DNA from: Mobula hypostoma
Taxonomy: Eukaryota
Assembly: GCF_963921235.1 (NCBI RefSeq)
Contig: NC_086097.1
Location: 147,810,001-147,874,000, forward strand
Direction of reading: 5' to 3'
DNA: 64,000 nucleotides
In this document: positions 23,530-36,671 of the stretch, piece by piece
How positions within the stretch are numbered: the stretch's first letter is position 1
Layout of the letters: every line of letters starts with the position of its first letter
Position numbers and translations under genes: made by a program
The notes under the pieces: model-generated
Told to the model about the DNA's origin: nothing
The model's input: the letters and a program-made list of their open reading frames with translations, nothing else
Databases searched by the model: none

Positions 23530-25072
23530 CAGGTTTCCCCCGCCATCCGAAGGTAGAGCGTTCCTGTGAAACGGTTCGTAAGCCGAAATGTCGTAAAGCG
23601 AAGAAGCAATTACCATTTATTTACATGGGAAAATTTTGTGAGCGTTCACAGACCCAAAAATAACCTACCAAATCATGCCAAATAACACATAAAACCTAAA
23701 ATAACAGTAACATATAGTAAAAGCAGGAATGATATAAATACACAGCCTATATAAAGTAGAAATACTTTTCCACAATCATTGCCGGCACAGATCTCCGTAG
23801 CGAAAATCTCACGCAAGCGCTGTTGGCAAAAACACGGAGCAAGCGCTCTCCAGTAATGTTTAAACTATGAAGCTGCCAAATCATACCAAATAACACGTTA
23901 AATTACACAGCCTATATAAAGTAGAAATAATGTATGTACAGTGTAGTATCACTTACGAGAATCGGGAAGACAGTGAGCACACTGATGATGGTGTGTTAGA
24001 CTGAGTCGTCGCAGGCTGGGGTGGTGCAGTGGCCCCCCACCCTCCAGGCCGCTGAGCGATACATTGCCGTGAAGAACGCAGGGGTCCAGCGTTAGCCGGG
24101 AGGTACACAGCACATCTTTAAGAAAAAAGCGGAAACGAACATGCTAATTAATTAGGTGCCGCCCGTAATTGTCGGCCCAGATCAGTGCCGATTTCCGATT
24201 GCGTCGTCTCTGATCTGGGCCGACAATTACGTGTTGGCGGCACCTAATTAATTAGCATGTTTATTTTGGCTTTTTTCTTAAAGATGTGCTGTGTGTCTCC
24301 CGGCTACCTTTGCATTCTCCGCGAATCGGTATCTGTCCGTGGCCTGAGGGTTGGGGTGGTGGGGTACTGGGGTGTCATCTCATTGCCTGTTTCCATTAGA
24401 GCAGGCAGCTCATCTTCTCCTATGACTGCCTGCCTCGATGTCGAAGGTTCGTCGTTAATTATGTTCGTCGTCTGCTGTGGCTGATGTGGAAGGCTTGCTT
24501 GACTGCTGAGCCTCGCGCATTTTTCTATCACACAGTTCTTTAATAAGGACTCAAACCATCCTGCAAATATCTCCTAAACTGACGTACCCTTTCAAAATTA
24601 AAGTCGTACTTTATCATTATTCATTCGGTTTTGATTGTAATCCTTTTTTCTTCCAATTGCATCAGCTCTTCATCTGTCAGTTCTTGGTGGTGGGATGTCA
24701 AAACCTCTTCAACATCATGTTCGTCAGCTTCCACAAGCCAAACTCACGTTGTCCTTACTTCGTTCACCATGATCAGAACGCTTAATTATGTCTAGTTTTA
24801 CTCTAAGTGTAACACCCTTACGAGCTCTTTCAGGCTTTTCTGATACCATAACTCATCTTGCAAAGGGCTGCTCACAGGCACGCATTAAAGCAAAGCAGTT
24901 CCGAATCCGGGGGAGAGCGGCTGCTCAGGGCGCGCTGCCTTATATCGCACGCTGAATTTTTTTTTTCGTAACAGTGAAAGCATCTTCTGAAAGCAAAAAT
25001 AAGGTACTAATGTAGGTCTTTCATAACAGTGAGGTTTCGTAAAGCGAACATTTGAAAAGCGGGGGACACCTG
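23530..25072 (-). mobile_element. Non-autonomous Tigger/pogo (Tc1-mariner superfamily) element
   Basis: TA-flanked TIRs caggtttcccccgc / gcgggggacacctg. Minus-strand remnant EADEHDVEEVLTSHHQELTDEELMQLEE and DFNFERV (~24580-24740) resembles a Tigger transposase C-terminus. Confidence 0.88.
24093..24306. repeat. Long imperfect palindrome inside the Tigger element
   Basis: Arm 24093-24185 is near the reverse complement of 24210-24306 (cacagcacatctttaagaaaaaagc, catgctaattaattaggtgccgcc, cgtaattgtcggcccagatcag). Confidence 0.9.
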
Positions 25073-26711
25073 TACTCCCTGTCCTTGAACCTCAAGTTTT
25101 CTCACTTTATTTCCCATTGATATTTGCTGCTATTAAGATAAGTAAAAAACATTTGCTTAAAGTTATAAACATGACCCATGATTACTTTTTCTTATTTTTA
25201 CATAGTTTTGAGTTGATCTTAAAACATATATATTTTATTATTAATTTAATTGCAAATTACTTCCTCTATTTAGTTTTGATCACTCATTCCTGATTTCTAA
25301 AACCTTTCTTGTCTTTTATATATAAACTTAAAATATTTTAGTTAGCTACCCAAATCTCTTACTGTATTTTCATTGATAATAAAATATTTCCTTAAACATT
25401 TGCAGTTGTTTAATTGATGTTTTACTTTTTATTCTCAATTTCAACCTATATTAGCCCAGCCCTACCTCACAAGTTATTTTTATTTGCTTTATCATTACAA
25501 TTTTATACTTAATATTGATTTTGGGAATAATCTGCTCAGGTTTTGTCATTTTAAAAAAAAACCTTCTTTCTTAAAACATTCCTTAAGAGATTACTGATGA
25601 ATTCAGTCTTATTATGGAATATCTAAACAAGCCTGTTTGCAACTTGGCTCCTTATTGGTTCATGAAATTGCTTTAATTGCATTCTATGAATTTGTTCTTT
25701 TATTATAACTTAGTTTGTATATGAAGAGGAAATTCCACGCTTTCATTGAATAATCTTTGTTAAAGGTTGTTCTAATTTCTTGATTAGTACTCAATTATTT
25801 GGACAAATTTAAAACATTCAAATATATATCTCTATATTTTTTACACCATTCCACTATCTTATACCCTCTGTCAAAATTCTGTGAAATTGCAAGCTAAGAA
25901 TAGCTTTTAAGTGGAATATAATAGAAAATGCTCGAGTATGGAAGCTACATAAGACTTAAAATATCACTATTTCCAAGCAGCTTGTACAGATAATACAGTA
26001 ATAATCCTCAGTATTTCTTCACAGCCATGAATACCCAAGTTGAAATAGAATCTCTGAAGTGTTTCTGGGAGCAAGAATTGTTGTCACTTTCTATTGTGAG
26101 AATGGGCAACACATTACAACTGGCACCCTGATCTAGATGAGTAATTGTTTTCTCCTCATCTGTGTTGGTGCAAATACAGTACAAAGATTGTGCTGCCATT
26201 AATCTCTCCTTTGGGAGACACTAGTTTAGAGTTGTGGTGATCTTACTTTGACATATTTCTCAACTAACAATAATGTTTTCTATCAGATTTTCAGCCAGTG
26301 TTTGATTTATTTGGCTTACGGTCAAGATGGTGCCAAGAAACATTGATTCTTTGGGTGACATCTTCCAGATAGTTAATCATTTCACTTTTTCTACATCATC
26401 TACTTTATTTTTATTTTTATCTTAATTTTGTTTTTGAAACTTGGAGCCTGTGACCTACAGTCTGTAGTTCAATCAAGTGAGTTAGTGCTCTCCTGTCCCC
26501 GAGAGAACTTCAGGAGAGAAAAGTGAGTATCAGCTACCACAAGGAGAAGCTCAGAGATGAGGTGAGGAGCCATTTTAAAACTCTCCCCCTCGTGTTAGCC
26601 ATTTCAGCTCTGGGAAAAGCCTCTGGCTTTCCACACGATCAGTGCCCCTCATCATCTTATACACAAATTGCTACTTTTTGATGACATGTTTCCAACTTGA
26701 GTGTATTGCTC

Positions 26712-27895
26712 CAGCGGTCCCCAACCACCGGGCCGCAAAGCATACGCTACCGGGCCGCGAGGAAGCGATATGATTTGGCGATAGGAGTTAGCTGCACCTT
26801 TCCTCATTCCCTGTCACGCCCACTGTTGAGCCATTATGCATGCGAGGTCATTACCCGCGCATTGTTCATTTCAGCGCGGGAAGGAGATCAACTCCTCAAG
26901 CTTGCAAATGACGACGAGCTGGAAAGTATGTTTGACATAACATCTCTGCCGGCATTCTGGATCAAAGTCCAGGCTAAAAATCCTGAGATAGCCACGAAAG
27001 CACTGAAAACATTGCTTCCATTTCCAACATATCTCTGCAATGAATGCAACGAAAACTAAATTACGGAATAGACTGGACACAAGGAACCCCCTTCGGGTAC
27101 CGCTGTCTCCCATCACCCCTCGATAGGACTGTGTTGTTGCAGGGAAACAAGCCCAGGGCTCCCACTGATTCAGCGATATTGGTGTGTTGCAATGATTTTA
27201 TATGTTCATAAGGGGAAAATATGCGCTGCGTGTTTAATATCCAAACGTTACTTAAAATGTTCTGATGCTGTTGACTTATATAACCATATAACAATTACAG
27301 AGTGGAAACAGACAATCTTGGCCCTTCTAGTCCGTGCCGAACGCTACTCTCACCTAGTCCCACCAACTTGCATTCAGCCCAAAACCCTCCATTCCTTTCC
27401 TGTCCATATAGCTATCCAATTTTTCTTTAAATGATAATATCGAACCTGCCTCTACCACTTCTACTGGAAGTTCGTTCAACACTTACTTCAAGCTCCCCTG
27501 ATAATTGACTTATCACTATATTCATGCGAGGAAAATATGCACTGTGTGTTTAATATTAAATTCGTTAGATAAACCCTTTTAGAAAGGAAATTGAGTGTAT
27601 TAGCCACTCATCACCAATATTCCGGTCGTGATTAACACCCCCTCCCCCCCCGAACAGAATCGCCAAAAACGATTTGTAGAAAGAAATCATACACGCATGC
27701 ACAAGTCACGCATGCGCGCTGGTGCCTGCGCAAGGCTTCATGGTCATTGTAGTCTTTCTCAGGGTAAACCCAACATATTTGACTGCTACTCTTGTCCGTT
27801 GGCAACCCTACCACCACCACCCCCGGTTGGCCAGTCCGCAAGAATATTGTCAATATGAAACTGGTCAGCAGTGCGATAAAGGTTGGGGACCCCTG
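26712..27895 (+). mobile_element. Non-autonomous hAT-Charlie element, copy 2
   Basis: Same TIRs and colinear with 20979-22189. Degenerate TSD tattgctc/gattactc. Confidence 0.92.
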
Positions 27896-30800
27896 GATTA
27901 CTCCACTCCTAGCCTTTGCATTATTGCTACTGAAACTCTCCTCAGAGACAATAAAGACCTAGTACTTATCTAATCCATACAGACCCGTAATGGTAAAATG
28001 GTTATAATTGTGATTCGGGACTCACTTTACTGTTGGTTTAAAAGCTCTTAGTTTTACCGAAGTTATGTACCATATTTACTGTCGTACAACTACAGGAATA
28101 TTAAAATGAATTGGCATGGGGAGGTTTGATTTCAATATTCATCTATTCCTTATCCCCTCTTCCTTGCACTTAATTTTCAGATAGAGGAATGAGAGAAATG
28201 TACAACTGGTTAATAACAAATGACATGAAAAACTTAACAACTCTCTCAAAATGTCTAGATTTCTTTAAAGTAAACAGAGGAAGAATTGTTTGCAATTACA
28301 TTATAGTACCTTGGTCAGGACACTCTCAAATTGAAAAAGAGGGAAAAGCAAACTTTTTCATTGGGGGAGCATTTATTTAGCTAGGAGCACAGCTTGAAGC
28401 TAATTGACTAAACTATCAATAGCAGGATGACTTTTTTTTGTTCAGTGAGTTGCCAGATCTGGAAGAGGGATAGAAACGGATCCAATAGAGGCATCCAAAG
28501 TGGAAAAGGGAAAAACTACTGAACTTTGGGGACAGAGGCAGAGAGTGGGATGGCTATTTTAAAGAAGCTGATACCAGCATGATGGTTCTACCAGACTTCT
28601 GTTCTGCATGATTATTCGATTTTGAGTTAGTTTCTATATTGCGGTGTTTTACGTGCTGAAGTGATAATTTGCAATTTGAACTAGATTGATTATTTAAGTC
28701 AGCACATGTACATGTCAATCACCCAGCATATAACTGAAGGTGAATACTGTATTTCAGTTTTGGTATTGCAGCAATGCCAGCTGTTCCGTGTCGAGAAAGC
28801 TGTGAGTGATGGAGTCACGTGCATATAGTAGAGCAATGTGGCCATACCAGGCAGTGCGATGATAGCTTCATTAATTGAGTGTTTAATAACCACATGTTCT
28901 CTTATTGCACAAGATCCTGTGCTAGAATATCACACCTGTTGACTGACTTAATGCATGGCACTGCACTACTGCCCTGTGTTGTTGAATTCTGTAGACCAAG
29001 AGTCTTAATTTTTAACAGCAGTAATACTATATGTTGTCTGAAAACATGCATTGTGCCACTGCACAGAATCAATGTCATTGTCTGCCTTGAGTATCTCCTG
29101 TCACTGCTTAAACAAACAGATTTTAAAAATTTCCATGGCAAAGCCTGGTGGTGGTATTAGACCTTCTTTAGCGCAGGTCTGATTTCTTTTTCCCCCACAC
29201 CTTAGCCATAGTTGTGGATGTCAAAGCAGAAGCAATAACTCCAGTGCATCCATTTGACCCAGAGATTACTGTACTATGGTTGAACCATGGCCTGTACTTT
29301 GAAGGTGGTGTTAGGCTATTAGTTTGAACTCATCCAATCCTGCCTGCATTTTGCTCCTGATGTAAAAATGATCTGGAAACATAAAATGCAAGAAATCTGT
29401 TTGGTGCTCACATTAGTTATTTGCATTTGCTTTATTGGTTTATAGAAGTTTCAGCAAATTTCAACAACCCGTTAGTAATCAGTATTACACTGGACAATTT
29501 CAGGCAGTTTCATTTGGTTGATTTGGTGATGTATTGAGCAGAACACTGTATATGCAAGTATATCTAAAATGAGCAGAAGGAAGTCCAGAGACACAACAGT
29601 AGGGCAGTCATAATCAAAGTTGCAGGTAATCAAATCTTTATTAATCTCTTACAGAATACTGCTATGACTAGTATGTTTGAGTTGTCAAGATAACCTGCAG
29701 CTAAACAGCTTAATATTATATGTTTAAAATGTTTGGTCTTCTAACAATAACAATTCTGCAGATGAAAACCTGAAAGTGCATGTTTTCTGCAGTAAGAAAA
29801 AGAAATTATTTTTATTTCATTCACTAATTCAGGGCTACATTCTGTAATATCAATCAGGAAACAACGAATTTCTGAACATTTATTGTGAAACCAGAGCTTT
29901 TTGGTGGTACTTATTCCAACTTAGTCCTATAGGTGGAGCTGGCAGTACACAGTTCATTATGAAAACTAGTTTTCAGCAAAGTTGTAGCAACATTGTGTTT
30001 TTGTTTTTTTGATATATTTCTTTTGTCTCTCCTTGTACAAACTTTGTATGTATTCCTTATGTCATAGCCTCCCCTATGTAGCAAAGTTCCAGGAGCCCAT
30101 GACTTCCTGTCCAAAATGACTATATTTCTAATGTATGGAACTGAATGCTGAGTGTTAGTTGGTGACTGGACAGTAGGGAACATAGTAGCTGATTCCACTG
30201 CTTTCCTGAAAGCCTATTCCAATCTGTGAGAATCCAGTTGTGAGGTTTGCTGATCAGTGAAAGCAAAAACTTGCTTGTTTCCCATCTTCCACTTGAAAAT
30301 TTACTTTTTTTTGTTATAGTTGAGATTAGATTGTTTGAATTTTTTTTAACTTCTGTGTCCAACTTCAATTTTTATGATTCAATATAGAACATAGAGTACA
30401 ACACAGGACCTTTAACCCAGAATGTTGTACTAACTTTATAACCTACTGGAAGGTCAACTTAACCCTTTACTACTAATTACATAGTCCTCTGTTTTTCTAT
30501 CATCCATGTGCCTATCCAAGAGTTTTGTTTTTTGTTTTCATTACTGGAAAATGCACCTTTTGGAAGGTCAGCTTTTCAGGAATTTGTTACTGAGCCAGCT
30601 TGCTACTTATGGTGCCTTGAAATACTGTTTAGGTTACAAATTAGTATGAGTGTCATTTACAGCACCTTATGTCCAACTTTTCTTCTCCAAACCACAAGTA
30701 GTTTCGAAGGTACATATAATGTCAGAGAAATGTATACAATATACATCCTGTTTCATAATCTTATTAAGCTTTCATCTTCTTCAATAATTTATTTTAACAG

Positions 30801-33409
30801 GAAAACCACCTTATTCAAAAAAGCTTTCAATGTTCTCTTCCCCGCATAGTCAGTCTGTTTCATCCTACCTCTCTCCATGCTTCTAACATGTGAGTAGAGA
30901 TTTTAAAATATAATGAAGAATAGTTTTTCACAATATATTGTGAATTAGTTCTGTTGACATATCTAAATCATTCTACAGAAAGGGGTGTGAAAAAAATTGC
31001 ATGCCTCTCTATACCAAATATCTTTGTGTTTTTCTTTTCTGCTACTTTCTGATTCTGAAAATCGAGACATTTAAAAAATCAGATTATTTGAACGTTTATT
31101 TTGCCATGGGAAACTGACTTTTTTCATTTAACAATCAGAAAGGCATTGAAAGACAGACTGGCAGTTCATTTGTGGTTAAATGTACTTAATGTAGTGCTTG
31201 ATGGAGGTACAGCTGGTAAATAAAGCACTGGAAGTGGATGAAGTAATGAGCTTGAAATGGACTCTGAACAGAAGCAATAGAAAGGGATTCAGCCAGAGAA
31301 ATTGATGGGGTGTGCTGATGTTCTGCACAAGCTGTGGCCTGTCCAGTTGCCAGTGAAATTAATCCTGAGCTACTTTAATTTGTCAGTGCTCTTTCAGTAG
31401 GTACTTACTCCACACTGATTCCCCAGCCCTTCCATTTGTACCCTTGCCACATGTAGATAATTTCAAGATAGATTTTGCTACCAGGGTAGCAAAGATGAAA
31501 TACTGACATGTTCAAGGAGCTGCAAAGAAAGCGCATCTCAGTATATTCCTCACAGCCCTGCCAACTTCCAGCCAGCTGTTGTCACGCTGCCCAAAATGTT
31601 AGGGCAGCAAAGTTGATTATAATTAACTTCTATGAAGAGACTTTTGACTCTTTATCAGAGCATATCAGTACATTTTGTTGAGAATGGCCAGAAGATATAG
31701 GTGCTAATTAAAGGCAAAAACAAGGCATTATTTGATTAGAAACTCAGACTCAAGGGGTGAAAATATGCTCTCCAGGCACTTGAAGGCCATTTTCCATCAA
31801 ATAATCTCTTGAACTGAAAAACAAGATGAGTAGAAAGTATATGGAAGATCCAGCAACCAGCTGATAACTACAACATGCATAGACTTTTCATCGAGGTTAA
31901 GGTTATCTACATTCCTAAAAGTTCACCCCGAGGAAAAGCAAAAATGGAAGAAATTCAACAAAGTCTGAGGCAGCCAGCATTTGCTTGAAGCAGCAGCTTG
32001 TAGAATTCTTTGACCACTCCACATTATCCTGTCTTGTTTCCCAATCACTCTAGAACAATAAAAAGTTGCAAAAGTCGCATGAAGCTAAGAAACGAAGTCT
32101 TGGGAATAGATGGCATTATTTTTCTCAAGTTTAAAACTGGCAAAGTAGAACTTGTGTCATAAATCAAATCGTCAAGTTTAATCATTCAAACATAGATGCA
32201 GCTGAATGAAACAGCATTCCTCTGGTGCCGAGGTGCAAAACATACAAAATAGCAAGCAAACATTCAAAAACAGCGAGTATCAGTATTCAAATTATCGAGC
32301 AAAGAAGCATATTCACTTGGGGTAGGGGGAAAACATGTATTCCAAGATCCTGTGTGACAACGTCCAGTAATTGATGGTACAGTCTCCCAACAGTGTTCAG
32401 ATGCAAACAACCCAGCCTGTCATTCCACCGCTTGAACATGGGAAACCAAGCTACAGCCAAGCGTTTCAGTGTCATTTACCTGGTCTGCAGCAGCGGGCAA
32501 GCCTGAGGCTTGAGGCCTATTTCTTGCTACAACTGAGGCTACACAGCTCCCACGTCGACTGTCCCTCCACCAGACAAGGGTAACGGTCCTGCGTCAACTT
32601 ACATTGTCACTATCCAACAGAGTCTTGCAATTGCAATTGAAATGTCCAAGATAATCCCCCACGGTTATACTGCACCAGCTCTGATGCTTCCAAGTAGCGG
32701 ACAGCAACACAGCAAGCAGCCAGGTCAGCTCCTCTGAACTAAAACTGGCTCCTCCAACACACTGGCAGGCTCCTTCGACATGCAGTAAGAACATTTTCTC
32801 CCTCATCTTTGAAGAAGTGAAAGTACTGGTGACAATACAGTTTGCTCCATATTCCAGAATCTGCAGTTTCTTGTGGCTCCATTGTAAATGCTTATCTGGT
32901 CAGGATAACAGATTAAACATTTCTAGTCATTTGCCTAATATTGCCTTTAATATATAATCTTCAACTTCATTAGCCTGGAATGTGTTCTGAGAAATAAGAG
33001 TGTGGCATTAGCATCCATTGATATAAAGGAGGAAAGCTATTTATTTTTGGGAAGTCCACATGCCTAGTTAAAAGTGGAAATGTAGAAATAGTCAGTGATT
33101 TCCTTTGCTGTCAGTGATTTCCAGATCTCCATTACACATAGTGTTTAGATCTTCCCCCGTTTAAACTTCAGAACGCACTGAACTGACAAGAGCTTCAGTT
33201 ATTTATAAACTATTCTCTCTGTAAAACACCCTGAAAATATTCTACTTTGCTACCATATGAGTGTGCTTTTAATTATGCATTGAGCTATTACTGCTTAACT
33301 ATTTATCTGGCCCAAGAAATAATTAATTTGTGCAGATTGCTGTATTTCAGATAAGTATTGAGGAATTTTGAAGTTAAATTTGTTTTAAATGCTGATGTTT
33401 CATTTCTGC

Positions 33410-34330
33410 TTCTCCTTCTCAAATTGCAGGGTGAACTCCTATCATATTATGATCACTGGCCCCTAAGGGTTCCTTTACCTTAAGCTATCTAATCAATTCC
33501 GGTTCATTGCAGAACACCCAATCCAGAATAGCTGATCCCATGTGGACTGAACCATGAGCTGCTCTAAAAAGCCACCTGGTAGGCAACCTACAAAGTCACC
33601 CTCTTGGGATCTAGCACCAACCTATTTTTCCCAATCTACCTGCATATTGAAATTCCGCTTTTGATATGCATTTTCTATCTTGTATTATAATTTGTAGATC
33701 CCATCTTTATTATTGCTTTGGGTGGGGGGACTGTATATTACTTCCATCAGGGTCTTTTTACCCTAGCAATTTCTTAGCTGTACAACACCTTCCAGTCTTA
33801 TGTCACTTCTTTTTAATGATTTGATTTAATTTTTCATTATTAGACCCCCCTCTGCCTACCTACCTGTCCTTTCAATACAATGTGTATCCATGGATGTTAA
33901 GCTCCCAGCAATAATTTTTTACCAGCCACTATTCAGTGATGCCCACAATGCCATACATGCCAATCTGTAACTGTACTACAAGTTCATCTACCTTATTCCG
34001 TATGCTGTATGCATTCAAAATGACACCTTCTCTCTGTATTTACCCTTTTCGATTTTGTCTGCCTTTTACATTAGTCTCTTCTTGCCAGCAGTCTCACGAC
34101 ATACTGCCTCTGTATGTAAACCAGCTACCTCATTTTCAGCACTATCGCTCCAGTTCCCATTCCTCTGCCAAATTAGTTTAAACCATTCTGAACCGCTCTT
34201 GCAAACTTGTCCGCAAGGATATTGGTCCCCTTCGGGTTCAGGCGTAACCCATCCCTTTTGTAGCAGTTGTATCTTCCCTAGAAGACATTACAATGATCCA
34301 TAAAATCTGAACTCCTGCCTCTTGCACCAG
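33410..34330 (-). mobile_element. CR1 5' part in inverted orientation (ORF1 SGNH-esterase end and endonuclease remnants)
   Basis: Minus strand WCKRQEFRFMDH..KRDGLRLNPKGTNILA (DGLHL-like esterase motif) near 34200-34330. SDHNMI region near 33435-33470 is homologous to 12080-12120. Confidence 0.75.
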
Positions 34331-35455
34331 GATTATAAAGGTTGTGGTTTTGGAGTATTTGGAGGTGCATGATAAAGTTAGCCGAAGTCAGCATGATTCC
34401 ATAAGGGGAATTCTTGCCTGAAACCCCAATGGAATTTTTTGAGGAAACGAACAGGCAGAATAGACAAAGGAGAGTCAGTGGATATTGTTTATTTGGCTTT
34501 TCAGAAGGCCTTTGATAAGGTGCCGCACATGAGGCTGCTAACAAGGTAAGAACACATGGTATTATAGGAGAGATGCTATGCTAGCAAGGGTAGAAGATTA
34601 GCTGACTGCCACATACAAAATGTGGGAATAAAGGGGACCTTTTCTGGTTGGTTGCTGCTGAATATTGGTGTTGGGGTCATTTGTTTTCATGTTGTATGTC
34701 AGTGATTTGGATAACAGAATTGATGGCTTTGTGGCCAAGTTTGCAGATGATACGAAGATGGATGGAGGGGTGGGTAGTATTGAGGAAGTAGGGAGTCTGC
34801 AGAAGGGCTTGGACAGATTGGGAGAATGGGCAAAGAAGTGGCAGATAGAATCTAGTGTCGGGAAATGTATGGTTGTGCATTTTGATAGAAGGAATTAAGA
34901 CATAGACTGTTTTATAAACTGGGAGAAAATTAAAGAAATCAGAGCTGTAAAGGGTCTTGGTAGTCCTCGTGCAGGAACAGACTGCAGAGAGTTCAAAAGA
35001 GGTTCACAAAAACAATTCTGGGAAAGAAAGGGTTAACATGCAGAGCACTGCTGGCTCTGGGCTTGTACTTGCTGCAGTTTATAAGAATGATGAAAAGCCC
35101 TAAATAGTGAATGTGGAGAGGATGTTTCCTATACTGGGGGAGTCCAACACCAGAGGGCAGGTTCTCTGAATAAAGGAATATCCCTTTAAAACAGAGATAA
35201 GGTGGAATTGCTTTTTGCAGGGTGTGGTGAATCTGCGGAGTTCATTGCCACATGCAGCTGTAGAGGCAACAACATTGGGTATATTTAAAGGAGAGGTGGA
35301 TAGATTCTTGATTAGGAAAAGTATTAAAGATATCAGGGAAAACCCAGGAGATTATGGTTGAGTGGGATAATATATCAGCCATGATGGAATGGCAGAGCAG
35401 ACTTGATGGGCCGAATGGTCTAATTCTGCTCTGATGTCTTATGGTCTTATGATAT
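34331..35455 (+). mobile_element. Degenerate CR1 RT region to 3' tail
   Basis: FQKAF.KVPH remnant; ORF 34665-34898 VAKFADDTK..LDRLGEWAKKWQ; tail tcttatggtcttatg. Confidence 0.9.
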
Positions 35456-36346
35456 TATGGTGCTGCGTCAGTTGAGGGTAGATTTAAAATAAACAAGTAG
35501 CTTTATCAGCTTATTATATTTATGACTTGGGCTCAAACTCAGCCCAGATTGATGAGATGTTTGTTTTGTATGAAACAGGTTGAGACAGCGTTCGTGCAGT
35601 TCACAAAATCAGTATTATGTACCACAAAACTGCCCCAATTTTATACCATTTGGCTGACAGCATAGATTCTGAAATGTATGATTAGGTGGGTAAAAATTGT
35701 CTTCCCTATACACATTAGAATAATTATGCTTTGAATGATGGCACACCGTGGGCAATGTTGGATTAGCCGTGCATTGTAATTTCCTGAAGATTAATTTCTT
35801 GATTCCTAAATCAGAGTTACCATTTTACTTATTTCTGAGGTTTTTAAATTCTGTTTTAATGCTAATCTTTTGGGACTGCCTTCAGTGACAGCTTGTAGCT
35901 AGGTTGGTGATTCCTTGACAAAATATTTAGCCTAATAAATCAATAATGCCAATAAATCAATCTACTTATTGATCATCAGCTCCTTGGAGCAGAGAATTTC
36001 AAAATTCTACAATCCTCTAAAAGGAAAACTTTTCCTCACTGTCTTGCATGGATGACCCTTATTCTTAAGCGATGCCCCTGGTTCTAGTTTCCCCTCGGAT
36101 AAATGGGAGCACCTTCTTGGTACCTACTGCATCTAATGACTGATAATCTTAAATTGAAATCACTTTTCTTCCGTCAAATTTGTATGCGATAGATGAAAAA
36201 GCAGACCAAACCCACTTTTAAAGTGGATACATTTTGATACCTCAATATCTTTATCCCTATCCAACTGTTCTTGATATGTTATTGCAACACACATCAAAGT
36301 TGCTGGTGAACGCAGCAGGCCAGGAAGCATCGGTAGGAAGAGGTGC

Positions 36347-36382
36347 AGTCGACGTTTCAGGCCGAGACCCTTCGTCAGGACT
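36347..36382 (-). ncRNA. Minimal type I hammerhead ribozyme motif in the Penelope terminal repeat
   Basis: Minus strand AGUC-CUGACGA-AGG-GUCUCGG-CCU-GAAAC-GUC-GACU: CUGANGA and GAAA core boxes, stem II AGG/CCU, stem I AGUC/GACU, GUC cleavage triplet, palindromic ACGU stem III. Confidence 0.85.
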
Positions 36383-36671
36383 AACTGAAGTGAGTAAGGG
36401 ATTTGAAAGTTGGAGGGGGAGGGGGAGATCCAAAATGATAGGAGAAGACAGGAGGGGGAGGGATAGAGCCAAGAGCTGGACAGGTGATAAGCAAAAGGGG
36501 ATACGAGAGGATCATGGGACAGGAGGTCCGGGAAGAAAGACAAGGGAGGGGGGGACCCAGAGGATGGGCAAGAGGTATATTCAGAGGGACAGAGGGAGAA
36601 AAAAGAGAGTGAGAGAAAGAATGTGTGCATAAAAATAAGTAACAGATGGGGTACGAGGGGGAGGTGGGGCA

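Noticed and set aside
32160..32880. Possible unclassified interspersed repeat
   Set aside because: Looks repeat-like but has no second copy in the window and no TIR, TSD or coding motif I could verify.
33398..33440. Pyrimidine tract plus cag|g resembling a splice acceptor
   Set aside because: It aligns with antisense CR1 endonuclease sequence (compare 12050-12120), so it is TE-derived.
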